Under the pieces are notes generated by a model, which was not told the origin of the DNA, made no database searches, and saw only the letters and a list, made by a program, of their open reading frames with translations. A stretch of 64,000 bases of DNA from assembly GCA_051362555.1 (NCBI GenBank), contig CM120642.1, positions 14,012,001 through 14,076,000 on the forward strand, read 5' to 3'. Position 1 is the first letter of the stretch; each line of letters starts with the position of its first letter. Position numbers and translations under genes: made by a program. This DNA is from Lingula anatina. Taxonomy: Eukaryota > Animalia > Brachiopoda. This document shows positions 1-11,276 of the stretch, piece after piece.

Positions 1-298
1 AAGAAATGTATAACTTTATATATTAACTCCTCTTATTTACAGACAATCAATCATAATTTGGTATTCTCAGTTGGTCATGGTGGGCATGCTTGTCTCACTG
101 TGTGGCCCATTTTGGCCAAAAAGATGGAATTCATTAGATTAGTGAATGTTGAAGACATACATGATGAATTAGAAAAATTTATTTTTCTTTAGTTGAGCAA
201 ATTTAAAGCTATGGCAAGAAGTTTATGCGCTAGAATGTGTTTTTCAGTGAAGCTGATTGTACTGTTGTATGTTTTCTTATATGTCTTTCTATTTCCAG

Positions 299-3200
299 AC
301 CTATGACTTGCTGTCAGAAAAATGGTTCACTCATGCATCACCCACGCTCTTCAATGCTGGAACAAATCGACCACAACTGTCTAGGTGAGCTGTTCTCACT
401 TTACTTCTCAAATTTCATTCAGGGATTTTTCTCCTTTTTGAGGTTTTCCTTTGTATGTGTGAAACAGTAAAGGAAGTTTGATAAATCTTATATATTTTGC
501 ATTCTTTTTTTGTTTATAGCGACAATATTGTTACTTCTAACTTCTTATTGATTATAACATTGGACATCTGCTTGCAGCTGTTTTCTGCTGTGTATGCACT
601 CTGACAGTATTGAGGGTATATATGACACACTGAAGCAGTGTGCCCTCATCTCCAAGTCTGCTGGAGGGATAGGATTGGCAGTACACTGCATCAGGTCCAC
701 TGGCAGCTATATTGCAGGGGTAAGCTGAGCTGTTGGTCAAAAAAAATTTTTCTAGTAATTTTTTTGTTTTTTTTGTTTTGATTGCTTATCCAGTATTTGA
801 TTTAAAAACAAAATGATAATTGAGAGATTTTATTGTTGAAGTGATGAGAGTCTTTTAGTTAATTACAACAGTTCATATTTTCTAGTAGAATTTTTTCTTT
901 TGATTGCTTATCCAGTATTTGATTATAAAACAAAATGATAGTTGAAAGATTTTATTGCTGAATTGGTGAAAGTCTTTTAGTTAATTACAACAGTTCATAT
1001 TGTCAAGTACTATTTTTTAGTTGCTGCTTAAATTTTTATCCTATATCTATCCTTATTAAGGAAAGCTCTTTTTGATATTTATTCAAATTATTTTTTCAAT
1101 TTATTATTTAAACTCCAATTCAAAATTATGTAAGAAAATTTCTATCATTTATTAGACCAATGGTCAGTCCAATGGCCTTCTTCCTATGTTGAGGGTGTAC
1201 AACAACACTGCCCGCTATGTAGACCAGGGAGGGAACAAGGTAAGAGGTGTTGCTTGGTCATGTTTACTGGAGGAAGAAATGCCATAGCTTTTTTTTAAAG
1301 GAAAAATCTAGTTGACTTCTTTAGTCCCTGTCTAAATGTAGGCTTATATTTCTTTGATCCTAACAGCTGTGACACATTGAATTTTAGGCACAGGTTAAAC
1401 ATATAAATATACGTATAATTTTTTCTTTCAGTTTTCTTCTTTGGCCTGGTTTAAATTTTTGATTCAGTTAAAATCTGCCATCAGTTTGTGTGAGCCCAGT
1501 CAACTGCCACAGGAAAATGTATCATAACTCACAATCAAACGCGTTCATTTTAGCGTCCTGGAGCCTTTGCCATCTACCTGGAACCCTGGCATAACGACAT
1601 CTTTGACTTCCTGGACTGCAAGAAGAACACTGGAAAGGAAGAGCAGCGTGCCAGAGATTTGTTCTATGCCCTCTGGATCCCAGATCTGTTCATGAAACGT
1701 GTGGAACAGAATGGACAGTGGACGCTGATGTGTCCCAATGAGTGTCCTGGTCTGGCAGACTGCTGGGGAGAGGAGTTTGAGAAACTTTATGAAAGGTAAG
1801 ATTTCCCAGTTGCACCTTTGGGGTGAAAAAGTATGAGATCTTTGGTCATTTGAGATATGGCGCCTTGTGAAGACTGGTGAATTCTCTAAAGCACTAAAAA
1901 ATGAACTGGTATGTAATATTTTAAGTCTTTGTTATGAATTTATAGTATTTCACACATTGTAATGTATTAAAAAATGAAATTACTGTCACCTCACTAATTT
2001 GCTACTGAAAATTGTGTTGTTATTTCAGCTATGAAAAAGAGGGCCGTGGTCGCAAGACAATCCAGGCCCAGCAGCTGTGGTATGCCATAATAGAGTCTCA
2101 GACAGAAACAGGCACACCTTACATGCTGTACAAGGACTCGTGTAACAGGAAGAGCAATCAACAGAACCTGGGAACCATCAAGTGTAGTAACTTGTGCACA
2201 GAGATTGTAGAGTACACAAGCCCTGATGAGGTGAGTTTATTGACTTTCACTGTCAGGTTGTCCACTGAGTTTGAAGATATAATTTTATGCAGTATAAAAT
2301 ACTATAATCTTCTTTCCATTCCAGGGTGTACTTAGTATAATTTGAGTTAATTTGATTGCTAGTAATCATTTCCATTTTAAGCTGTTTTAGTGTTCTAGAT
2401 AAACGTAAAGAAAGGAAAGTAGCACTGATAAGTCTTTTCCGACTTTTGTCGTAATTCCGTCTTTTTCAGGGTCATTTGTGTCATTCTTGTAAAATCGTGT
2501 ACCCTGGACCCCCAGCCAATTTTCCTTAATTTTCAGTGAGGACTGGTCTCATCCCTGAAGTAGGGGAAGAAAAATACATTAGAACTGTTGCTGATAGTAG
2601 TAATTTGTGTTTCAGGTTGCAGTGTGTAATCTTGCCTCAATAGCCCTTAACAGATTTGTGAAGGGGGATGGAACATACGACTTCCAGCAACTGGAAAAGG
2701 TCACTAAAGTTGTCACTAAGAATCTCAACAAAATTATAGACATCAACTTTTACCCAGTGCCAGAGGTAAGATATTTGAAGCATAGAAAATGTCACACCTA
2801 TTCAGTAATGCCTGGATAAAGAAAAGCTTAAAGTTTTTGCTCTTTCTATGGCTTTTTGGAAATTTTTCTGATATAATAACTATAGTTATTTGACATTTAT
2901 GATCCTAGCTTCACCATAATCTTAGTAAGATAAAACTGACATTTGAAATCACTTTTTTGTAGTCTCAGAGTAAACCTAGCTTTGGCAAATGAATTTAGGT
3001 TTGCAAGTGAAAAAACCGAACAAAGAACAAATTACACATGCCTTCAACATAGTGAGGCATTTGTGTGGGTGCAACATTGTTTTACTTTTCATGTAATATA
3101 TTATCAGACATAACTTTCATATATATTAACACTGCTCTTTTTCCAATGCAGGCTCAAAAATCCAACTTCCGTCACCGCCCCATTGGAATTGGTGTGCAGG

Positions 3201-5384
3201 GTCTCCATGACGCCTTCATTCTTATGCGTTATCCATTTGACAGTCCAGAAGCAATGCAATTGAACAAAGATATCTTTGAGACCATCTACTTTGCTGCCTT
3301 GACAGCAAGTTGTGAACTGGCAAAGGAGTATGGACCCTATGAGACTTACCAAGGTTCCCCAGTTAGTAAAGGGGTAAGCAGTACACATTAATTAGGCTCC
3401 TTATTAGTGTGAACTGATTGTTTTTTATTCACCAGTTTAAAGTTGCTTTACATTGATAAAGGATGAATGTGTCATATTAGTGATTTTTGTCTTTTTTGCA
3501 CATTTGCTTACTTGTTTTGCCTTTTTTTAGCACATACACATGTACAATTTTGGGTAATGTCTTTTTTGCATTGTTTATAGTTTTTCATATGTTTCATATA
3601 TTGTTTATGCCTATGTCAGGAAGATGAGGTAATTAAACATTGCCCTGTTTTCTGTTTAGATCCTTCAGCATGATATGTGGGATGTAGCAGATACAGACAG
3701 GTTGGACTGGCAGACTCTTAGGGAAAACATCAAGAAGTAAGCGCTCAAATAACTAAGTTTTTAACAATAGAATATTTGATTTCACTGGTTATCTCTCCAA
3801 TTTTAATTACTGAAATTATTATATATTTATGATTTTCTGGCATTGTTTTATTATTCCTTTATGTCAGTCATTAATGAATAGAAAACTTGTTATTTTCCCT
3901 GTTGGTGATAATCAAACTAGGTCAAGTTTGTTAAAGTTTTACGTATTATTTCAGCATTAACAGTGCAGAGAATAATAATTTTGTTCACGTGTAGTCAGGG
4001 ATGGAGATTGTTGTCCTTTTGAAAATATTTTGCCTTTTTGTGTATTCTAAAATTGTTTGGAAAGATGCTGAATTTTGAATTAAATGTTCTTAAATGGGGG
4101 GAAGGGGGGTTCATAGGAGGGGAAAACTTATTAGGTATCTTCTCCAGTCCCTGTTCAAACTATCTGTAATTCTGTCGTAGATATGGAGTAAGGAACAGCC
4201 TGTTGCTGGCCCCCATGCCCACAGCTTCTACAGCACAAATCCTTGGTAACAATGAGTCCATAGAGCCATACACCAGCAACCTCTACACAAGAAGGGTGCT
4301 CTCTGGAGAATTCCAGGTTAGTCCATCTAAAATTGCTAAGGATGTGCAGACATGAGGATTTTTTATTATCTGAACATTAAAGGATCTATCACTTTTGGGG
4401 CAAATAGCCAGATGATTTTAGACACATGATTTTGAACCAGATCAATAAGATTTTCTTCCATTTTCAGGTTGTTAACCAGCACATGTTAAAGGATTTGACA
4501 GAGAAAGGCCTTTGGAATGACGATGTGAAGAACCAGCTGATAGCACATGGCGGTTCTATTCAGGTAAGCTCAGCCCCTCTGAGCTATTTCCCGCAATGTT
4601 GAGTTCTATTGAAATGTTGAAAAACCCAATGGTAAATATTTGAAAATTGTTTTTAAAAACATTTTTGTTTAGAAAAATGTTTGGTAGAACAAGCCCCTCT
4701 TTTTTGGCTTGAATTAAGCAGCTATTAATTTGTTATTATTATGTGGACAAAATATCTCATTGACATCGACTGACTTTGGGAACAGGTCATCTTTCATGTA
4801 CTTAAAAGATATCTTGTTTTTCAGAACATAGAAGGCATTCCAGATGATATCAAACAGTTGTATAAGACAGTGTGGGAGATCTCCCAGAAGAATATTATCC
4901 AGATGGCAGCTGACAGGGGTGCATATATTGACCAGAGTCAGTCTCTAAATGTCCACATTGCTGATCCTAACTATGGGAAGTTGACCAGTATGCATTTCTT
5001 TGCATGGAAGAAGGTAGGAGGCCAAGTATTTGGATTTTTTAATGTATTTTTTATATGAATGAAACACTGATAGATAACATGTTCCTTAGTATTAGAAACT
5101 GGTTTGTATTAGAAAAAAATTTCATCAATTCTTACAGATTCACATTACACAGCTGAGTGAGACTTTAATCGGATGAAAACTGATTTGTACAAAACTGTCC
5201 GATTGTTTTCCAGGGTTTGAAGACGGGCATGTATTACTTGAGGACGAAGGCAGCCGCCAGTGCAATCCAGTTCACAGTGGACAAGACAAAGCTCAAAGGA
5301 AAGACGGAGACTCGGGAGGAAAATGAGGCAGCCATGGTGTGTTCTCTCCAGAACAAGGAAGCATGTGTCATGTGCAGCGGTTAG
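299..5384 (+). CDS. RRM1: Ribonucleoside-diphosphate reductase large subunit (class Ia), 5'-truncated by the window; 12 exons seen: 299-384, 578-719, 1156-1239, 1554-1795, 2029-2230, 2616-2765, 3152-3373, 3660-3736, 4181-4316, 4468-4563, 4825-5013, 5214-5384
   Basis: Spliced translation gives [26 protein letters not shown] (catalytic N/C/E), [37 protein letters not shown] and a C-terminal CxxC (EACVMCSG*). All introns are GT-AG with consistent phases. Confidence 0.98.
775..1001. repeat. Intronic tandem duplication, 2 copies, period about 123 bp
   Basis: tttgattgcttatccagtatttgatt...gtcttttagttaattacaacagttcatatt occurs at about 777-880 and about 899-1001. Confidence 0.85.
2423..2557. mobile_element. 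Short non-autonomous DNA transposon (MITE), relative of the 17000-18630 element, with 6-bp TSD AAGTAG
   Basis: ttttccgacttttgtcgtaattccgtctttttc matches the reverse complement of the 18590-18630 end. The element ends tctcatccctg. AAGTAG lies at 2417-2422 and 2558-2563. Confidence 0.7.
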
Positions 5385-6121
5385 ATGACAGCAATTTGTT
5401 GACATCATTAAGACAGCAAATTTTGTTTGTTGTGACCCCAGAGTGAAGTGTCATAGATATGAGTGTAATGAGACTGTCTCCATTGTGCAGCCACATTTTG
5501 CCAATATTCGATTCGCTATGACACTAATTTTAATAGCTTTATCAGACTGGTAATTAAAGAGATTATTCTTTGTTATAACATTTCAAAATTTTTAGCTGAT
5601 ATCTACACATACAGTTCAATTGTGTCAGCTTTAAAAAACAAACTGAAATTTGTTTGAAAAGTTCGATTAATTTGCTTTGCTGATCATCACTTTGATTACA
5701 TTTTGATAATTTGGAAACAATAATATAATACTAATGATGTGGAATGTCGTGTTGAGCACATAGTGTTAGAATGCTTGTATTAAGGAAGTGTTTGTAGCCT
5801 CAAATGCACTGTAGAATAGAAGTGTAAATAATAGTTATTGTGTACACAGGTTGTAAGTATCATGAACTGATATCAACTTATATCTATGCATTTATGATTG
5901 AACAACCAGCCTTCACTGCCGAAGCTGTATTGTATATATTTATATTTTTTCAGGTTTTTTTCTCTTACATCATATTATATTTCTTTATATATCCGTGTTT
6001 GATGTTAGTGCTTAAATCAACAGACCTAACATTTTTCTTGGCCTTCAAAGGAAATCCCATTTTTCAATGTGTACCATGTAAAATGAATGTTCTGTGCAGA
6101 TAAAAATTTCCTTTGAAGTGA

Positions 6122-6138
6122 AATAAACCATATTTATT
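6122..6138. terminator. Back-to-back candidate polyadenylation signals for convergent RRM1 (+) and OBI1 (-)
   Basis: AATAAA at 6122-6127 and TTTATT at 6133-6138. Confidence 0.45.
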
Positions 6139-6725
6139 ACAACTGTTTCGATAGACTCAATTTTCCCTTATCCAGGCACTCATTACAAAAAAAAAAATAT
6201 ATTTTATATGGCAATACAGTAAAATACCATTTAATGGACTTTGTCCAAACCATACTCCTTGTGCAAGTGTTACCAGTGCTTCAAAGGTACATTACAAAGT
6301 AATTGCTACCCATTTATGTTTTTTTTATGGAAGCAAAAATACAAGATTTACATTTCACTGGTTGCTTGACCAACCTACTTGTACTGAATCAGACTGAAGA
6401 AACTGCTTTATTTCATAATCTTCACAATAAGTGTATTTTGAGGTGAAGTAGATGACAAGTACTTTAAAATGGAGGCCTATCAAAAAATTTGTAGAGGAAC
6501 AATGTCAGATGTTAAAAATTAACTACATGTCCCAGTTTATGAATATTTTGCATTCTATGTAATCAAGGTCAGCAAAGTTTTTTTCAAAGCATGTGAAGCA
6601 GTTCAGCCTTCAAAGGTTCTGCTCTAATACACCAAAGTTTTGTCTGCATGACCTAGATTTGTAACTTGTTGCAGACATTCGATGCCTATGTTATGTTATG
6701 TTATGTTATGTAAAGCCTGTTCCAC

Positions 6726-9700
6726 TCAAGCATTTGGTTTTTTAGACTTGGATGGACTGGACTTTACTGGGTCTATTCCAGTAAGTGACCTCTTCCTTTC
6801 CTCTTGTAACAGTCTGCTGTTAAATAATATTCTATCTACATCCTCTGTTCCATCAACATTTTTAACTGCCTTGGGCTTCCCAGTACTCTTTCTGACATGA
6901 TTGTGAGGTTCTCTGTATGTATTTAGTTTTCCATACTCCAGAATTTGGCACAGAAACTCACTACTAGTTCCCGTCTCCATTTCCTTCTCCACAGTATTTG
7001 AAGAATTTTCACCTACTGGTACATCACTCCTCTGTCTGCTAAGTGGTCTGCTGCTCCTTATAGCTGAACCCTCCATCTTAGAGCCTGGTCTGTACACTGG
7101 GTCTCCTCCGTCTCGTATCTCCAGCCTATCTGTGGATGAAGAAGGAGTCGCTTCCATGTCCGACACATCACTGACCTTTGTACATGCAGTCTCAGACTTC
7201 GGTCTATTTCTTTCATTGTACAACTTTTGTTTATAGGTCTGGGAAGATGAAAAACTGGATTTGGAGATGGGTTGGCTTGTTTTGTAGTATGCTTCATTGT
7301 GAGCAGTAGTAGGAGGTATGCTATTTGTAGCATTGGTATCAACTTTTATAGGATTTACATTCTGAATATTTCTCTCAGCTTTTTTCAGGAGTTTCAGACA
7401 GTCCGTTAAGTCTGGGGTCAGCGTTATGTCAAGATCAGCAACTTCATTTTGAATGGCTGCTGTAGTATCAAGAGTTTCATCAAAATGGTTTTCAAGTTGT
7501 CTCCTCTCAATTGGTTGGTTCAAATTACTACTTTTTGGTACATTCGCTTTTGTTGGAACTCTGAAGTCAAATGGTTCTGTATTTCTGAACTGCTTTACTT
7601 GGTCACTTGTCAAGTTCTTTGTATTTATCGAGTTCGTTTCTTTATTGTCACTGTTGCCTACAGATAGCCTGTTCTTTGCACCTACCATGCATGATTCCTG
7701 TTTTGTTCCTGTTTCTGGTCTAGATACAGTTACTTTTGACTCCTGCTCAATGTGATATGCTGTTTTGCATCCACCTCCTGCCTTTGAATATGGTAGGAAA
7801 TGACCTAAATTTGTTTTTACAGTGACAGATGTCACATCAGCACCTTTTGATGTACTAGGCATTACTTGTGGTCTTTTCGATGTATCAAACTCTTTGTCGG
7901 TCTCAAATTTTAGTTTCTTTTTAGCACTGTTTCCATCTGGCTGATTCTCTGTGAAATTCCTCTCAATCACAGTTCTCCTTCCAGACTCCTGGCTAGAGTG
8001 GGTTCCAGTGGGTGTGGCAGCTTTATCAATACAAAGCCGTGACAGAGGAGAGGATGGGGTCAGGGGACTGGGAGCTTCAAACTGAAATGAACTGCTGGGC
8101 GAGTGCTCAGCATTTTCCTCTTCAGACTCGCTACTTTTCCAAAGATATGACAAAGAACTGGATTCTCCTTTGTTATTACTAACAGAGCTAGGCCTGGTTT
8201 GATCAGCAAGTCCGACTTTTCTTTCTCTCTCAAAATAATGTGCCCCAACTGTGTTGTCTTTTATCGAAACTGCACTTGCTCTGACTGGCAACGTTGCATA
8301 GTCTACTGCAACACAGTTATCCTCAAGGTCAGATATGTTGGAATTAAGTGAACTTCTGGGGATATTTACTTGATTTTTTGAAATGTTTGCTCCACCCTTC
8401 TTTAAAAGTTCTATTTCTTTCTCTAAGCTTTCAGTGTATACATCACTCCTGTTTAAAGCCTTTTGTAGCTGCTTTATTTCTTTTTCATAGGCCTCCACTT
8501 TGGACTCCAGGGCAGCAACTGTGTAGCGGCCATACCTGAATAAGCAAAAATAAATAAATAAATAAAATTTAAAATTATAATTTTAATTGATTAATTAAAA
8601 ATAAAATAAATGATTCTTAAAATTTAAGCATTTTAACTTAACATTAATACTGACGATCAATATTTAAAATTATTATTTTTTTAATTTATGGCTATTTACC
8701 TTTTTCAAACCTGAAAAAAAAAGAGAAGATCTTTCTGTCTTATTATTTTAAGTTAATTCTAATAAAATATTGGACATCAGCTTTTTGTCAATTTAACATC
8801 ATTCAATTAGAGCTGTAGCTAAAATATGACTTACTTATGTGGGGATCTGGTCACAAGACACTGACGCAGGTTTTGATTTTCTCTTACAAGCTTGAAGTTT
8901 TCATCTCTCAGTTTCTCATTTGCCTAAAGTGACAAGAAGGCCACACAAAATGAAATATAAAAGTAGCCTCACATGGAACATGCCAATGAAATAACAGAGG
9001 AAGTTACTCATTTTCCCTGTAAAATATGTCTATGTTTATAAAAGGGCGTTCAAACTGGAAAGATTTTCCCTCACATTCATCAAATGTACAATACATCTTC
9101 ACTCTTCTCACCTTCTTCTGTTTCTTCATGTCTTGGTTCACCTTTTCATACAACCCAGTGGCCTCCTGTAACTTTCCAGTTAGCAACATCAATTTGTCTA
9201 CTTTCTTATCCATGACAGTTGTAACCGCATCGCCCTTCTCAAGACCACCACATGTTAGGCAGGTGCCATCAGAGTGTGTCAATTTATCTCGAAGTGTGGT
9301 GTTTTCTGTCTTGTAATCTTTTACCTGGGTCTGAAGATGTTCAATTTCTGCCTACAATGAGAAATAACTTTTTTGAAAATGCTGAAACTGAGGACACATT
9401 ATTTTAAAAAATATATTGAAATATTATTATGAAATATATTCAATCTGAGCTGCAAAAGTTTGCTATAGCTACTTTAATCCTGTAACAGTGTAAACACAAT
9501 TCTAGTGGACTCAAAACTTTACTTACAAAAAAGGTGAATTAATACAGTGCAGTTATTAATACTCAAAATGAGTAACTCTCAAAACATGAACTAAACAAAT
9601 GAACAGGTGAAATATTTCAAAATTCATAAATATGAACCTTACAACAATCAATACAAAATTCTTAAATCCTCAATTATCTTTGTTGGCAAATAGTTGTCAT

Positions 9701-10995
9701 CCACTTCTTAAGATGCATTCTATGATCTAGATAGCAGAGCTGTTGAATTTTATATAAAGGGTTCCCACAGCTTTTCCATAGTGGTTTAAAACTTAAAATT
9801 CATATGCACTGAACTTCTTGGTTGGCTGCAATACAGACTCCAGCTTGGGATTAAAATATCTATCACATTTATCGTGGGACTAAACATTTAATTGGTTAGG
9901 GTTCTGGGCCCCAAAAGAATCAAATTAAGAATCTTGGAGTTTCCAATTCCATGGAAAAAACCTTGTGTTTGGCATAGATTCCATATTATCGAAGCTGTTG
10001 TAAAAAGCTAACCTCATAGTCTCTGAACAGCATATCCAGTCTTGCCTTTCTCAGCTCTGGGTTACTGAAACTCTCTTCTGGCTTCTCACCCTGGTTTAAA
10101 CCTCCTGCAATATAACAATGCATAAAATTAAAATATTGCAATTATATCTAACAGGTGCATACCAACAAAGAAAGTTGTACTCGTCACATTTTTTAACACA
10201 CAGGCCTGTATAAGGCCCACCCCATACATCTTCTGCCCAGCACAAATCTTTTTCGTCTTAGTTTGTTTATCCCGAGAAAGAAAGCAAACAATTGCATTTA
10301 CCATTACTTGAAGTAAAAATTGGAGAATTTGGGAGTAGAAGAGGCAATCAAAAAGTGCCGAGAAAATTGTGTTGTGAATAAATGAGTTACACTGAATGAC
10401 AAGGCACTAAATGAAGTAAACAGAACCTTTATATTACATATAAAAGCAATGCATTGCTTTACATACAAACAGAATCTACAATCAGTAGACATAAATCAGT
10501 TTTCAGCAATATACCAATAAGGTTTTTTTTCACAGCCAAAAATCCGTGTAAAATAATCACAAATTCTATTTTCTCACCAATAACCTTCCTGCAGGGATTA
10601 GCTGATGTGATGGGGACTCTACAGGACGGGCACTGATTGTTTCTCTCCAGCCATACTTCCATACAAGTACTGCAGAATGCATGGTTGTTGGGGCACACAG
10701 TGGGCTCCTTAACCTTAAGATATTAAATTAGATATTATTTGAAAGAGTTAGATTGATATAACCATATAACCAGTGTCAGACACAGCATTCCTCAATTTCA
10801 CTTGCGATTCCCAAAGTTTAAGTGTGAATATCATTTTACAATCCATTAAAATAAAATATAAAAAGATTATCTGAGATAACAAAGAAGCTTAAATATTGGA
10901 AAATGAAAATTTACCTTCCCCAGGCAAATGAAGCATGAAAGCGGTAATGTGAATGCGATAGTGGCAGAACGACCGATTTCATTTCTCTCCGCCAT
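6726..10995 (-). CDS. OBI1: ORC ubiquitin ligase 1 (RING finger protein 219), about 815 aa; exons 10995-10915, 10713-10578, 10104-10013, 9351-9112, 8923-8835, 8535-6726
   Basis: N-terminal RING FTLPLSCFICLGKVKEPTVCPNNHAFCSTCMEVWLERNNQCPSCRVPIT and coiled-coil RSPHKYGRYTVAALESKVEAYEKE...ALNRSD resemble RNF219. The last exon is long and Ser-rich. Exon sum 2448 nt is in frame. Confidence 0.93.
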
Positions 10996-11276
10996 TCTTC
11001 ATTTTACCTATTCGCTTAAATATATATTAATACTCTCAAGACTGGTTGAGCTGATATTTGAACAAATTCAAAAGCATGGATAATTGCATATACTAGTGCA
11101 TAATGGAAAATATATAAAGAAATCTGACCGAGAATTATCATTTAAAAAGGAGATAACAAAGAGAACTATTTCACGGAACTTCTTCCGCATATGAAAATAG
11201 TAGTTCCAGGGCACTTCCGTTTTATTCTGGCCCGTTGAGACCGCTGAAGTGAGAGACAGCTGTTTCTGCAGCACGA
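10996..11276. promoter_or_regulatory. Bidirectional promoter and 5'UTRs between OBI1 and SLC10A7/AASDHPPT
   Basis: Only 281 bp between divergent ATGs; local CpG enrichment; ETS-like CACTTCCG at about 11212. Confidence 0.7.
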
